Shown here: piece by piece, positions 39,499 to 52,243 of the stretch | Position numbering within the stretch: position 1 is the first letter of the stretch | How the letters are laid out: each line of letters starts with the position of its first letter | DNA from: Marsupella aquatica | Taxonomy: Eukaryota; Plantae; Marchantiophyta | DNA: 64,000 nt | Assembly: GCA_973895155.1 (NCBI GenBank) | Contig: OZ316893.1 | Coordinates: forward strand, 1,736,860-1,800,859 | Direction of reading: 5' to 3' | Translations under genes and position numbers: made by a program | The notes under the pieces: model-generated | Databases searched by the model: none | Told to the model about the DNA's origin: nothing | What the model saw: the letters and a program-made list of their open reading frames with translations, nothing else

Positions 39499-41439
39499 AC
39501 TTTCATATTACTAAGATTTATTCTTGTTCAATAATATACACTTTACAGCTCTCTTTAGTCTGATATTGTTGGTGGGCTTTGAGTCCTTTGAGCCTACTTC
39601 TGCCTCACCCTGCCTGCTCTACCACTCTGCCCACCTCCTCTCGTCCATCTATATTGCTGAGATTTATCTTCCGCGACTTGTCTCGATTCCTACAATTTAA
39701 GTTTTGTTCAATTGTATACTTTCAACTCTTTTTAGTCTTATTAGTGGGGATAAAATCCTTTTTAGCTTCCCTATGACTTGTCTACTTCAGTGACCCTCTC
39801 ATCGACTTGTCTATTTTTATATTGCTGAGATTTATTACATGGCCATATTTTTTGGTCAACTATACACTTTACAAATCTTTTTAGTCGGCTACTTATTAGT
39901 GGGGTTTTAGTGCTTTTGGATATAGTAAAGTTTTGTTAACATGGCAATATGGGCTAAAAAGGAGATTCAACTCTAATTTTGAGGGGCTCCTAATTTCTCA
40001 TAATGCTTTGGTAACAGGACCTTAATCTACTTAAAGACCTCAGAGATTATACTTCTTACTAATTTTAGTAGGAGTACTTTCATCATGAGATAAGAGAAAT
40101 CTTGAATGTGCATTCTTTCTAAAATTGTGGCATGAAGTTTGCAAAGAGAAAAATCACAATGGGCATAATGCACCAGAAAAGGAGAGCTTCAATTCAAGTT
40201 TTGAGCAGCCATTATGTCCATTATGCTCTGGTAGTAGGACCTTGATACACTTACATGCTTTCAAGATTTTTTATTTTCACTGATTTTGGTAGAAGTAGAG
40301 TAGAAATTCATTATGTTCCTCCCCTTTATTAGGTTGCCTTTGGGTTCCTGTTTTCCAGGTTAGCACTTTTGTTGTTTGGCGATGTGAAATATATATACTG
40401 CCATTGTTTTCTATCACTAGTTAAGTAAATTAGCTCTGGTTAGTTTGGATCAATCCAATGGTCAACATCTCATCTTGTCTAGTCTTGTCCACTACTCTTT
40501 CACCATGACTCTGGCCTCCCTTCTGGTCCTACTATTCCAAAGTTCCCTTTTATGATGATCATAGTCTTTTCTGGGACTTGGACTATGGTTATTTCTCTCT
40601 AAGTAAATAGGTTGTTGACCCCTAAGACTGTGGAAATGATTATGTTCCTCTTAACCCCATTAGTTACCAATTATTTATTGCAATGAAGACCAGCAGCCTC
40701 GCCAAACTCCAAAGTCTCTCCATAGTTGGATTTCTTTCTCTTGGCAGCCTTGCTGAGTATTTTGTCAATCAGGGAATTGCCAAGTTGGAGAATTTATGCT
40801 TGGCTGATCCCATTGAGTCACTTTCTCTTTCAGCAATCCTCATCCAGTGAAAATTATACAGAAAGATGGCACTCCACTAGCCTTGCTCAGTCACTATTTC
40901 AACTTAGCGGCCTCACTGAGTAGGAAGGCCACATTAGTCCTAAGCATTATAACCTTCCTCAAGACTCACAATGAGGGTTTACACTTGGCAACTCACGAGC
41001 TGCTTGGGGGGTTACACGGCTCACTGCCCTCAGACACCCTATAACCCCCTCCTGCCCATAGGTTACCTTACCATTTCTGATCCTGCTACACAGACGATGT
41101 TACCACATGTCCAAGGGAGGTACAGCAGGAGCACCGTAAACCCCTGGCTCCACTCTTTTTGTATTTCTATGGATGATTATGAGCCATACCCACTAACTTA
41201 CCAACCTGGCCTTGGGTTATGAGATTTCAGCCCCCAGCCCCCCCCAGCTAGCCTGCCTGGAGGGCTATCCAGTTTTGGGTACAACTTTCAGATCACTCCC
41301 ATGGCTGTAATTCCCTTGCGGATTGCATTAATTATCCCCTTGAGGACTCCAATTTCAGGTACAATTTTCAGATCACTTCCATGGCTGTAACCCCTCCGGA
41401 ATTGCATTTCATAACCCCCTTGTTGACATGGGTTAACTT

Positions 41440-41738
41440 GATGAGAGTCAGAGTTGGCTGAAATCCTTAGATAATCTTGGACAACAGCACGACGGCTAAA
41501 GTAAGAGGTTTCACAGAATTATAATTTGTAGACATCATGGACAGCATTGGGATCGGAAGGGCTCCATGATGCAATGGCTATTTAGAAAGGCATGGCCTGA
41601 TTAATTGTGTTTGTTGGGTTTTGGCGAGTTGCTCCCGTGGTGTTGGGCGCCGTTGTTTCCTTTGCTGGGGTGGCTTTTGTCCCTCCGTGTGGTATTTGAT
41701 GGGGCCCTGCGCCTTCTTTTTCCAAAATAAAAATAAAA
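41440..41738 (+). mobile_element. 5'-truncated LINE/SINE-type insertion
   Basis: (AAAAT)n tail at the right end. 12-bp TSD ATGGGTTAACTT at 41428-41439 and 41739-41750. Confidence 0.75.
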
Positions 41739-43508
41739 ATGGGTTAACTTATACTTCCCTTTTGCTCAATGTCCTGGACCAGTACACTCCAGCAGCTAAG
41801 TGCAGGTTCCAGCGTGTATTTACCTCTGTTACTTACTCATGAAAAGGATCGTTCTCAGATTGTCTTAGCTTGGCCGTTGATTCCCTGGATCGGCGGTCGA
41901 GATCAGATGTCTGGGGGTAAGTGCCTCCTTTGGTGGAAAATGCATTACGCTCTTCGCCACTTCGTCTCGTTCCGCTCATGAAGAGCTCTCCCGACGATCG
42001 GTGCGCAGATTTCCGGTAAAATATATATTTTAAGGACCTTACGACCATGGCCGTTCGTTATAAGGATGGGTGGTCCAGATTCGATGTTGGCAAGAAAGTA
42101 ACTACAGCACGTTCGTCGTTAAAAAAGCGTCGGTTACTGATACTGCAACGCTGTAACTACTTCTATTCACGATGGCGCGCTCTTCATATTCAAAACTTGA
42201 CTGACAGCTGGCACCGAGGCCAAAATGAACCGGACCTAGACTACAGTAACTAGCGGCGACGGCGCTTCCTCAGTCCACAGTCGACAGGTTGCACCGTCAA
42301 TGTGGTTGGTGAGGTTCGAAGACCGTGGTACGGTCAGCGTAATTGTGAGCGCTTTTCACTTTTGGCAAGTGTGCTTAATGTCACCTTGTGTGAAAGACAA
42401 GATGCTGGAATATTAATTATCTAATTTTCTGAGATCTCCTTTTTCGTATTACCTTTAAACCACACTTGCCATTATTGTCACTATAAAACTCTCATTCCAT
42501 GTCTCATTACTCACTATAAAAAGTGGAATACTAGCAAGTTTTGTGAAATAATTGTCAAAAAAAAATTTTGCAATCAACACTTTTTGTGGAGTTCAAAACC
42601 CATTTCTTAACTTCTACTCCTTAGAATGAAAGCTACGGGCCCTACGGGTGAGGCCCTATAAAGGGCTACACCGTCAATGTGTGGTTTAAACACTGGCAAG
42701 TGGAGTCTGTTGCTAGGTGTGAAGCTAATGGAAGACATTAAACCTAATAGTCTGGTCTGGTTGGATGAAGGTTGGATGGATGGGAAACATAAATTGTTTT
42801 AGGGCTTACCTTCTTCATTTTTTAAAACATAGCGTAACACAGGTTTTTTTTCCATGGTATGATTGAATGGATGAGAACATTCATTATTTTGGGCTTACTT
42901 TCTTCTATTTTTGAAATCAAAACCTGGCTGGACTTCCGTTTGCCCCAAAATCCTCATATACTGACTTGTGCAACCAGGATGACCTGCAATGAAAAATCAC
43001 TATGTTTGCTCATGCATCACATAGTACACAGGCACGTGGAGTGTGACTCAACTCTTAATAAAAATGGACAAAATTAGGCTTTTTCTTTAATAAACACAGA
43101 CGGAATCCCAAGACTTTTTTTACAGGTAAGGTTGGATGGTGGGAAACATTCATTGTTTTTGGGCTTACCTTCTTGTTTTAAACACAGAGGGAACCCCAGG
43201 GCCTTTTTTCTTTGTCCTTTTCCTGTTGGAACGAGAGGAAGACCCTCGTGGATTTATTCCATACAACGAGATACAGAAATCATCCTTCCAAAAAAGGAAA
43301 ACAAACACCAATTAAATGGTGGAAAGAGTTTGAAAACCAAATCACCCAGATAGTTCTTGTTCTCGTGCTCAACAGTTGACTGTTGTAGCCAAATTGTGAT
43401 TTAGGTTTGGACCTGGATCCATATTTTTCACAATTGCAATGGGGCAATTATTGAAGTATTTGAAACATCTCCCTTCATGTGATGTAGATACAACCCTCGT
43501 CTCTGTGT

Positions 43509-44124
43509 CCCAGTTTAACCTGACGGGCAAGTTTATGGCTTGCCGGGCACGTAAAATTGTCAAATGACGGTCCCAAAACAGTCAGTTGATGTATATTCCT
43601 CGATATTCCTCCAAACTCCCCCGGTCCCCGAACTCCCGACCCGACCCGACCCGACCCGGCTCCCGACCCGCCCGGACCCGGCCTCCCGAACCCCTCCCCG
43701 GCCTCCCGAACCCCTCCCCGGCCTCCCAAACCCACCTGAAACTGGCCTCCCGAACCGCTCCCGGCCTCCCGAACCCTTCCCGGACCCCTCCAAAACCTCC
43801 CGAACCCCTTTCAAACCCCTACCAAAATGCCTCCCTCGCCACCCGAACCCGGCCTCCCGAACCCTTCTCAAATCCCTCCCCAACCTCCTGAACCCCTCCC
43901 GAACCCCTACCGAAATGCCTCCCCGGCCTCCCAAGCCCGGCCTCCCGAACCACTCCCCGGCCTCCCAAACTCATCCCGAACCCCCTAAACACCAGGCCCA
44001 GGCCAGCCTGGGTCCACCCTCACACCCGGACCGACCCCGAGTCCGGGAGACCGGGCGACCGGGTTTACGGATTTACGATTTGACGGGGAAAATCCCCCAG
44101 TTTGATGGGCAAGGTCAAACCGGG
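43509..44124. mobile_element. Non-autonomous TIR transposon with 8-bp TSD (hAT-like by TSD length)
   Basis: Perfect TSD CTCTGTGT at 43501-43508 and 44125-44132. 13-bp TIRs CCCAGTTTAACCT / AGGTCAAACCGGG. Interior made of C-rich GGCCTCCCGAACC and CCCGA repeats. Confidence 0.85.
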
Positions 44125-44383
44125 CTCTGTGTAGTCAAACTTCGTATTCAAGGAAATTAACTCTAGTTACCTGAAAGAACTGCAGGAGGTACTTAAATGC
44201 TGGTTGGTGAGCATCATTACCCAATAATGCATTAGGAGGTCATAAATTACACGACACCTTTTCTTTGGAACGTAGGCTAGTCCCAAAGTAACTGGTCATG
44301 AATCATTTAGAAGATATCCAATCATAGAAGATCCTTGAGTGGATTTTTAAAACTTTATCCAAAACTCGCCGTGTAGAGTTTGG

Positions 44384-45381
44384 GAGATATATGCTTGATG
44401 GGCCCCCTGGTGAACCTTTCTTACCTGATGGGCCCCTAGGGAACTTTTTTTACCAAGTAGGACCCCTCTTAATGACGAGTACACATGTTCTTGTGTGGTG
44501 CCTACACCTGTCCTTGTGTGGTGCCTACTATGTATGGTGACTCCAAGCAAACTGCACAGTTGAACCGTGCGGTCAACCTTGCATGGTCGACCGAGAAACC
44601 ACAGAGATGATTTCGGAGAAACCGTGAAAAGCGACTGCCGCTGCCGAATCTGCGATTTGAAGACAATATGCATTATGTCTTCGGATTCACTGGGTTAATG
44701 CCTGAAGACACAATAGATTATGTCTTCGGGTTCAAATTTTTACCGTATCGTGGGGTAGTTATTAGGTATGTTTTTCACGTTGCGCACATGGGTTTTTCAC
44801 GATGTTTTCATGCACGACTGTCAGCGTCAGTGTGGGGTACCTCCAAATGTCCACAAAGAATATTCAAGTTCAATGTTCGGAATTTGCCTACTGCCGCCAC
44901 AACAAAAATTGGCAAATGATTGACAAATGCGTTCAAAAAATGGTAATACTCCCCTATGTAATGCATACAAACAATTTCCAAAGAAGACAGACCCAAAGGT
45001 GTCGGGTACACCCTAAACCCTAAACCTTGAAACACGGGAAGACATAATCCATTGAGTCTTCAGGCATTAACCCATTGAATCCGAAGACATAATGCATATT
45101 GTTTTCAAATCATAGTTTCGACAGCGGCAGTCGCTTTTCGCGGTTTCTCCCGAATCATCTCCGTGGTTTCTCGGTCGACCATGCAAGGTTGACTGCACGG
45201 TTCAACTGTGCAGTTTGCTTGGAGTCACCATACATAGTAGGCACCACACAAGGACAGGTGTAGGCACCACACAAGAACAGGTGTACTGGTCATTAAGAGG
45301 GGTCCTACTTGGTAAAAAAAGTTCCCTAGGGGCTCATCAGGTAAGAAAGGTTCACTAGGGGGCCCATCAAGCATATATCTC
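44384..45381. mobile_element. Non-autonomous Mutator-like element (MULE), 998 bp
   Basis: ~345-bp high-identity TIRs starting GAGATATATGCTTGATGGGCCCCC. Perfect 9-bp TSD AGAGTTTGG at 44375-44383 and 45382-45390. Confidence 0.95.
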
Positions 45382-46089
45382 AGAGTTTGGGGGTCAGAGT
45401 AGCTTGTTTTCTTTTCCCGTTAGTAACGTCAGTTGTGATATATGAAGACTTTGTAGACTAAGGGTGGCTTTAAAACAAGTGGGGGGCAATAGTCTGAGAT
45501 TAAATTGGTTTGTGTTATGATCCAGTAGAAATGGTTGCAGTTGGTTTTCCAAGAACTGGAGGGTTATTCAAGTATGGTGTCTACCAGTCCTACATATCAA
45601 AGTGGTGCGTTGATGCAGAGTGCTTAATTTTAAACCACTAGAGGTGGCCCAAACATCTACAAACCTCAGCTACTTCATGCAAGTGACTTGCATTTGTTTA
45701 ATGTCAAAACATTTATGGTCTGTAGTCTATTTTTATTAGGACAACAAGTGGCACCCCAGTTTGTTTTGGTGAAAAAAAGTCACAAGTGCACCCAAAAGGT
45801 CATGTGAAGTGACAAAGATAGAAATTGAGAGGTCACTTGTGTTGTCCATTTAGACTCTCTTGGGACCAGAAAAGGTGGTCACGTAATGCAGTTAATACTG
45901 TACTAACAAAATGAGGAGAGACCAAGAGGTCCTTTTAAAATACCACCTTAACTTTGACCAAAACTGCACTATCCACATAAGCATTTTAAGGGATCCACTC
46001 TGGTCCATGTAGGACTGAGACATTTCTTGTGCAACTGACCTCCCAATTTCACGTAAAGTCTCAAAAGCAAAATCATGGAAGTGACTAGA

Positions 46090-46570
46090 CAATTCTTGTT
46101 CTCTGGTTCTTGCAAAGGCACCCAAAGTGTGTGGACATGACCTAAGGGTGTACTTTACAAGAACCAGAGGACAAAATTGGACAGGTCTGTCCGTCCCTAC
46201 ATGTGTGATTTGACGGACTGACTGGTCAATTTTTGTCTCTGGTTCTTGTAAAGCCGTTCTGAGTGTGTGGGCATCACTACGTGAGGGTGTAATTTGATGG
46301 ATTGACCTGCCAAATTTTGTCCTTTGGTTCTTGTAAAGCCCCCCTAAGTGTGTGGGCATGACTGCATGAGGATTTACTTTGAGGCACTGGCCGGTCTCGT
46401 TTGTCCTCTAGTTGTTGTAAAGCCCCCCTAAGTGTGCTATTTTTGTCCCCTTTTTCTTTTAAAGCCCTCACAATTGTGCTATTTTTGTCCCCTTTTCTTG
46501 TAAAGCCCCTCAAGTGTGTGGGACTGCATGAGGGTGTACTGTAATGCATGGACTTCATGAGTGTAATTGA
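46090..46570. repeat. Degenerate repeat cluster
   Basis: TTCTTGTAAAGCCCC..AAGTGTG and TTTTGTCC motifs recur about 6 times. Confidence 0.6.
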
Positions 46571-47454
46571 CGGCCATTTCTGAGCATCGTATTGTTTTGG
46601 AGCTTTTACCGAACACTTTCCAAAACGCTTCTCATGTCAAGAGGCGAGAAAACCATTCCTCCGAATCAGCAAATTGACAATCATATGAAACAGCGAAACG
46701 GCGAAGCTTTCGGCGAGGACCCCACCCGCAAAGCCGCAAACTTGGTGAGGAAGAAGAATGTGATGATTATTCTCCTGATTGGCCGAATCGGTAAAACTTG
46801 CCTGGTGAAAACTCGTTTTGAATCGCATTTCAATCCACGAAGCTCGCGACTGGGAGCTGACGACTAGTTTATTAATGGGAAGGGGAAGGACCATCGACTG
46901 CAAATCAGCAAAGTGAGGTGGCCTGGTTTGAGTCTCATGTAAATTGGTGAGGCCCTCGGCTGGGGGCCCACGAGAAAACAGCTCTCCCAGTGGGCTGAAT
47001 GGACGGACGCTAACTGCGAGCTACTGTACCTCATTATGGATTACACAAGTTTTTTTTTGAGGCCTTCGAAAACTTCCGCGCCTTCCAACTCATCATCAGT
47101 TATGCATGTTGAGCTGAACTCAGAGCATTGTTAACAACGAGTTTGAGTCCCTGTGGAAAAAATCCCACATTCCACTTACCATGGAATCCACATAAAGGTG
47201 TCAAGCTGAACTCGGATCATTGTAAACACGATTTTGAGTATCCGTGGTTTTCACGGTTCTCCATGCAAAGTTTTGCACCTGAAAAGCTTATAACCCCAAA
47301 AGTTGCTGTTAGTAATATAGGATTCACCCACAAACGATATTACAGTCTACTAATAAATTGCTTGGAAAAGCCATATAGGGTTGGAGCGAGATGGGTCTCA
47401 TGTATAAACCAAAAAGCTTCGTGATTTTCTCATGAACCCCACTTCCCAACTCTT

Positions 47455-47645
47455 CCAAAACCTGCGCTAACATTGTCTAATTATTGCTCACCTGCTGAAC
47501 ATTCAAGCCTGGGCTAACATTTTCTAATGGCTCACCTGCTTAACAGTCATCCAAGCCTGGGTTAACAGTCTCTAATAGCTCACATGCTGAACATTCGACC
47601 AAGCCTGCGCCAACGTTCTCTAATTGGCCACCAGATGAACATCAA
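47455..47645. repeat. ~45-bp tandem minisatellite (about 4 copies)
   Basis: CAAGCCTG.G.TAACA.T.TCTAAT.GCTCACCTGCTGAACAT repeated. Confidence 0.8.
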
Positions 47646-48732
47646 CCAAACCTACCAAACCCAACCGGACGAACAGAACCACAGGAGACGCCATGCCAAA
47701 GCCTGCTGTGCCAAGAATGCCCAGCTATTAGAAAAAAACAAAAAAGCAAACCACGCGAGAGGTGCTGATAGCTGTGCCGATTGGCATCATATGACTGGTC
47801 TCCCCCTGCAGTACAGTAGCGGCCGCCCGGATCAACACAAACTATCCTCTGAAAGATCTTTCGCGCAGCCATTCACAGTATACCGGGGCAATTCCGGATA
47901 CGATGAAGGCTTGTATGGAAATCAGCCCTGCCAGTAATCCCATAAGTGCAAACAGACCCCCCAAAAAACCGCTAAATGATAGCTTAATAAGTGCAAACCC
48001 TCAATAACTAAACATGAACACTTATCGGTAACCTTGCCACCTTGCTACCTTGCCTGGTCTAACAACAATAGCATCAAGGCACTGCATGGACAGGATGCCA
48101 AAATTTGATTGCATTTTCTCTTCACTGCATGACTCAGAAAATTGATGGCTGCATCACAAGAGGTGATTTTCGTGATCACGAAGTTGTTCCTGGAGATGGG
48201 TGAAATCGACATACAATCCACCTGAGCTTACTCTGATCTACGGAAACTGTTGTCACCTTCCGCATGAGTGTAGGTGAGGGTGACATCAATGAGGAATTGA
48301 ACAAAAAGAGACTGCTGCTGCTAGGCTGCTGTGGGGTTGTTAGAACACAAATCATCCTTAACTATTTTGCCTTTCATAGTGCCTCCGTGAGTCCACTGGT
48401 CCGAGCAAGGGCCAATGACGAAGTACATTTCGGTAGCGTGACCAGCTCACTGCTCCCGCAAGGCCAAGCTTAACGAGAAGTGTCGAAATATGCTTTGTAC
48501 ACATGCAACAAGCACAAAGGAGAGAGTTCAAATTTCATAGCCAAAATTTTCTTATTCGTTTCCTGAAGATCAGCGCATCTAACCAAAGTTAACTCAACAT
48601 AACTTCTGTGTAGAATGTTTGACTTGTTCTCTATTGCACACTAATTACAATGGATGTTGACAAAATGGACGCATAACAACTTTGAGCTTGATAAGGAGAA
48701 TGCTCTCGAGAATAAAGTAGGAGATCCAGCTT

Positions 48733-49242
48733 CTAATTTGATGGATTGTTGACCAAATCTTCGAGGACTTGGAGAGATTTCCTGAACACTCCGTTCATGT
48801 ACTTCGCCACCTTCTCCTCAGTTCGACCCGCAATAGGACTTACACTGAAAGCCCAATCAACAGCAGTGGTTCCGTCCCCCAGATCTTGCAATTTGACGTT
48901 GCAGAGATAGCCCTTGAATCCAAAGTTATTGTCCAGCATTTCGTAGCTGAAGCTGTAGTTCTCTACATCCCTGCTGAGAAGCCGCTCCTTCGCCCAGGAC
49001 TTGCTTCCATCATGCCGTCGAAACGAGTTGCCAACCATGTAGCGGACACAGCCCGGCTGGTTGTATTCACCGACGGTTGTTTCACACTTGTCAACACTAT
49101 CCATCCATTTGTCCAGAGCGCAGAAATCTCCCGCAATGGCCCAGGCCTTGTCAGCTGGGATATTGATGGTTTCCTTCAGTGCTCCGTGCCATCTCTCCCC
49201 TGTTACGTCCGAAATCGGTGAAACTGCATCGGTTGCTGCCAT
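48733..49242 (-). CDS. SRPBCC/START-fold (Polyketide_cyc2) protein, lachrymatory-factor-synthase-like
   Basis: 169 aa from ATG 49242 (GTAATGGCA): W.G...ADKAWAIAGDFCALDKW...GEYNQPGCVRY...WAKERLL...SFSYEMLDNNFGF.GY...VDWAF..SPI.G, the typical plant LFS-like motif series. Single coding exon. Confidence 0.88.
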   Translation of the reverse strand: MAATDAVSPISDVTGERWHGALKETINIPADKAWAIAGDFCALDKWMDSVDKCETTVGEYNQPGCVRYMVGNSFRRHDGSKSWAKERLLSRDVENYSFSYEMLDNNFGFKGYLCNVKLQDLGDGTTAVDWAFSVSPIAGRTEEKVAKYMNGVFRKSLQVLEDLVNNPSN

Positions 49243-52200
49243 TACAGTCTTAAACGACAGAAACTTTCTAGTCAGGATGCCTGCCAAGGACACAGACACT
49301 TTGCAAAATAGATACACAGAAAGAAATGTTCAATAACTCACCGGCAATTTCAAGGGAGCAAGCACGTCTAGGGTTAGGCGACGTCAAACACTTCTGATGA
49401 AGAGAATACGTGCACTGGTAAGCGAGGGCCGGTAATGACTTGATTGCACTACTATTCCCACCGTCCTCTTCTTCCCTTACAATTCCGAGAACCCTGAACG
49501 GTGGTAACTGTGTACAAGGAGGCATGTATTTGTTAGGCGAGGAGATAGCTGCTCAAGAATTGAAGCATGAACTCCAGTAGTGTGTTCTACTCAACATTAT
49601 GAAACAACCTTCTCAAACAGAAACACCAAAGTAGCTACTGAAGAATGATATCAGAATCTGCGATTATGTTGGCCTGCGTGGAGGTCCATGTACTTGGGCA
49701 AAGTTCGAGGCAAGGGATTGCAATTGGCAAGAGTCCGGCATTGACTGCGTGCAGTGAATTGGAAAGAGGAGTCCACACGCTCGAGAGAAGGATACTCTTG
49801 GCCCTGTCAGCGGAGTGTGTACTTGTTTTTTTAGAAGGGAAATCTCTGAAACCCCAGCTAGGTGTTCAGTTCATGGCCAGAAATCTTTTTTAGAGGGACA
49901 TCTATGAAAGCCATAGAAAGGAACAATCAATCATAACATTTAAACCCAAGACCTATAAGACCTATGAGTCATTATTCAAGTGAGCTAACAGGCAGCCCCT
50001 ATGGGCATGTGTACTTATTTATTTATTATATTATTATGCACCAAACAACAAAAGGGTATGGGGAGACACAATCCCAAAGGCATGAGACCCTATTAAGGGG
50101 AGAAAACAAGGGGAAAACCCACGAAGATCAATGAGCCAGAAAGCCCCAGAGTCCCAAACAGGAGCCCTCCACAAGACTAACTTAAAGGGCCGTCTTGCAG
50201 TGCAGAGCCCTTAGGTTTCTGGCCCTGAACTGGAAACCTAGCTGCATGCCAACATTGAGTCAGACGAGTATGCCTCAACCTCCTCCTTACGCAAGCTTGA
50301 TATTATACAAAGTGGAGAACCAAGGGCAAGGGCCAGAAACTTTCATAGAACCTGGAATCTAGAGTAAAACAAGGAGACAACCCCGAGCTCTGTGAAGACT
50401 GGATTTGGAAACAACAAGCACGACCGCAAAAGTTTCAGTAGTTCACATGTAGCAAGGTAAGCAGATAGTGTGGAGAGTTGAATTTGCTTTTTATGGATAC
50501 TTTCCGGAGTGCTAAGGGCCGGAAACTTGTGAGACTATATATGCAAGATTGCTCTAAACCCTGTTGAGCGGAAAATTGAAAAGCCTAGATCTCTGAGGTG
50601 AATTGCATAGGAAAGTCACAAAGAGGAAATTTGACTAGAGGCCCTAAACACGGAAACTGAAATGAGGTAAAATGCATAGATAAGTCACAAAAAAGAATTG
50701 GACTAGAGACCCTAAAACTAACCTCCAGCCTCACCCTTTGAAGAGTATTGTACCATCTACACTGTTGACTACCATTAGTGTAACAGTCTACAGTGTATGA
50801 GACATTCCTGCATCTACTTTGTTTACTGCCCTGAGTGTAACTCGCACTAATTCTGGTTGGGAAATTTCTGGGCTCGTCTCATGAATTAGTAAACGGAAGC
50901 CCATGGATCTAGATGTTTGACAAAGTGCCCTGGTGGACCAGTGCAACCCAGATAGACTGCAGAAAAACCTTTTTTGTAATGAGATAGCACCCTTTTCTTT
51001 GTAAATAATTCCATACTTTCCTGGACAGGAAGCAGGTCCAGCAGTACATTCAAATGAAGATTACTTTGAGATAACCCTTTAACTTCGGAATACATGACAA
51101 CCGTCTATTTTGAATCTCTTAGTGCTTGTGAAGATTCTGTAGATGAGCGACCAATGCAGAATTCTGCTTTTTCTTCAAGTTGGAGCCCCTGAACAACATA
51201 CCTTTGTGGAAGGACGGAGCCATCAGCTACAGGATCCGACTATGGGATACCAAGGTGAACTACATCCGCCCACATGGGTTTCTAGTGTATTCACCTTGGC
51301 CGCCCTTGGTGCTGGAGTGCGTCTGAGTAGCAGTCAAGTAAAGTCGGACTGCAACCTGCAGGGATTTCAAACAGCAATTCAGAAATTAGTGACTAATGGA
51401 ATGGAGAATTAAGAGCTCATCGATCAAAAGATCCCTCCCACCCCGGAAGCAAGGCGCAATTGAAAAAGATTCGAGCAACGTTCGTCTACGCAATGGTTGC
51501 TAGACTTCCCTCCCCTCCTCTCCTGCTCACCTTGCTCAACCAAGAGAAAGAGCGCGGATATGGGGTACAAGTTAACCATAACTGACTTAAGGAAATCGAG
51601 TATTAAAGAAATCATGTCAGTCACCAAGTGAGATCGGCAGCAGATGTGTAAACATTGAAGCGCGGGTCAACCTTAATCCCTAAACTCACATAGCATGCAC
51701 GACGATGTGCACGAGGAAAGCCGGTAAGGTGGAAGACCTTTCCTACGACGAGTTTCCGCAGCACAAACTGTTCCAGAGTGACCGAAGACCAGGCTCTAGT
51801 CCAAGGACTCTCTGGGGATTCGCTCTTCAAAGGAAGAGTTTACCGAAATGCTTTGCAACTTGCACACCCAGTCCCGAAGGCTTCACACCGTTCGTGTACG
51901 TGTATGACCAAATCAACTGAAGCAAAACACGTCTGCCAATAAATCCCTCCTTTATTGGCAAACTGAGGAAACTGAGCCGGAATGTGGAGCAAGTTTAAAG
52001 TTAGCCCTGGCTAGCAACAACGCCCTCCATATTCATGAGCTCCTCTACTTCACACCATTGCACAAAACCCGGCTCGGCTCATTCAACCAGAGGGCACAGA
52101 CTGAATCACACATTGTACACAAAGCTCCGTCCGACGAATTACCGGGTAAGAACCATCTACAGTCAATTAACGGAGGGCACAGACTGAAATCACACACTGT

Positions 52201-52243
52201 GGTATTCACAAAGCTCCGTCCGACGAAGTACTGTTTTCAGCTT

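Noticed and set aside
43564-44160. 198-aa Pro-rich (extensin-like) ORF and Gly-rich antisense ORFs
   Set aside because: By-products of C-rich repeats inside a TIR/TSD-bounded element; no signal peptide.
47455-47645. Short regularly spaced repeats as CRISPR
   Set aside because: Head-to-tail minisatellite with no spacers.
48733-49242. PYR/PYL ABA receptor
   Set aside because: Same fold, but it lacks the SGLPA gate and HRL latch motifs; the motifs fit the LFS-like group.
50700-52050. Reverse transcriptase or gene remnant
   Set aside because: Frames are stop-ridden and no diagnostic motif was found.
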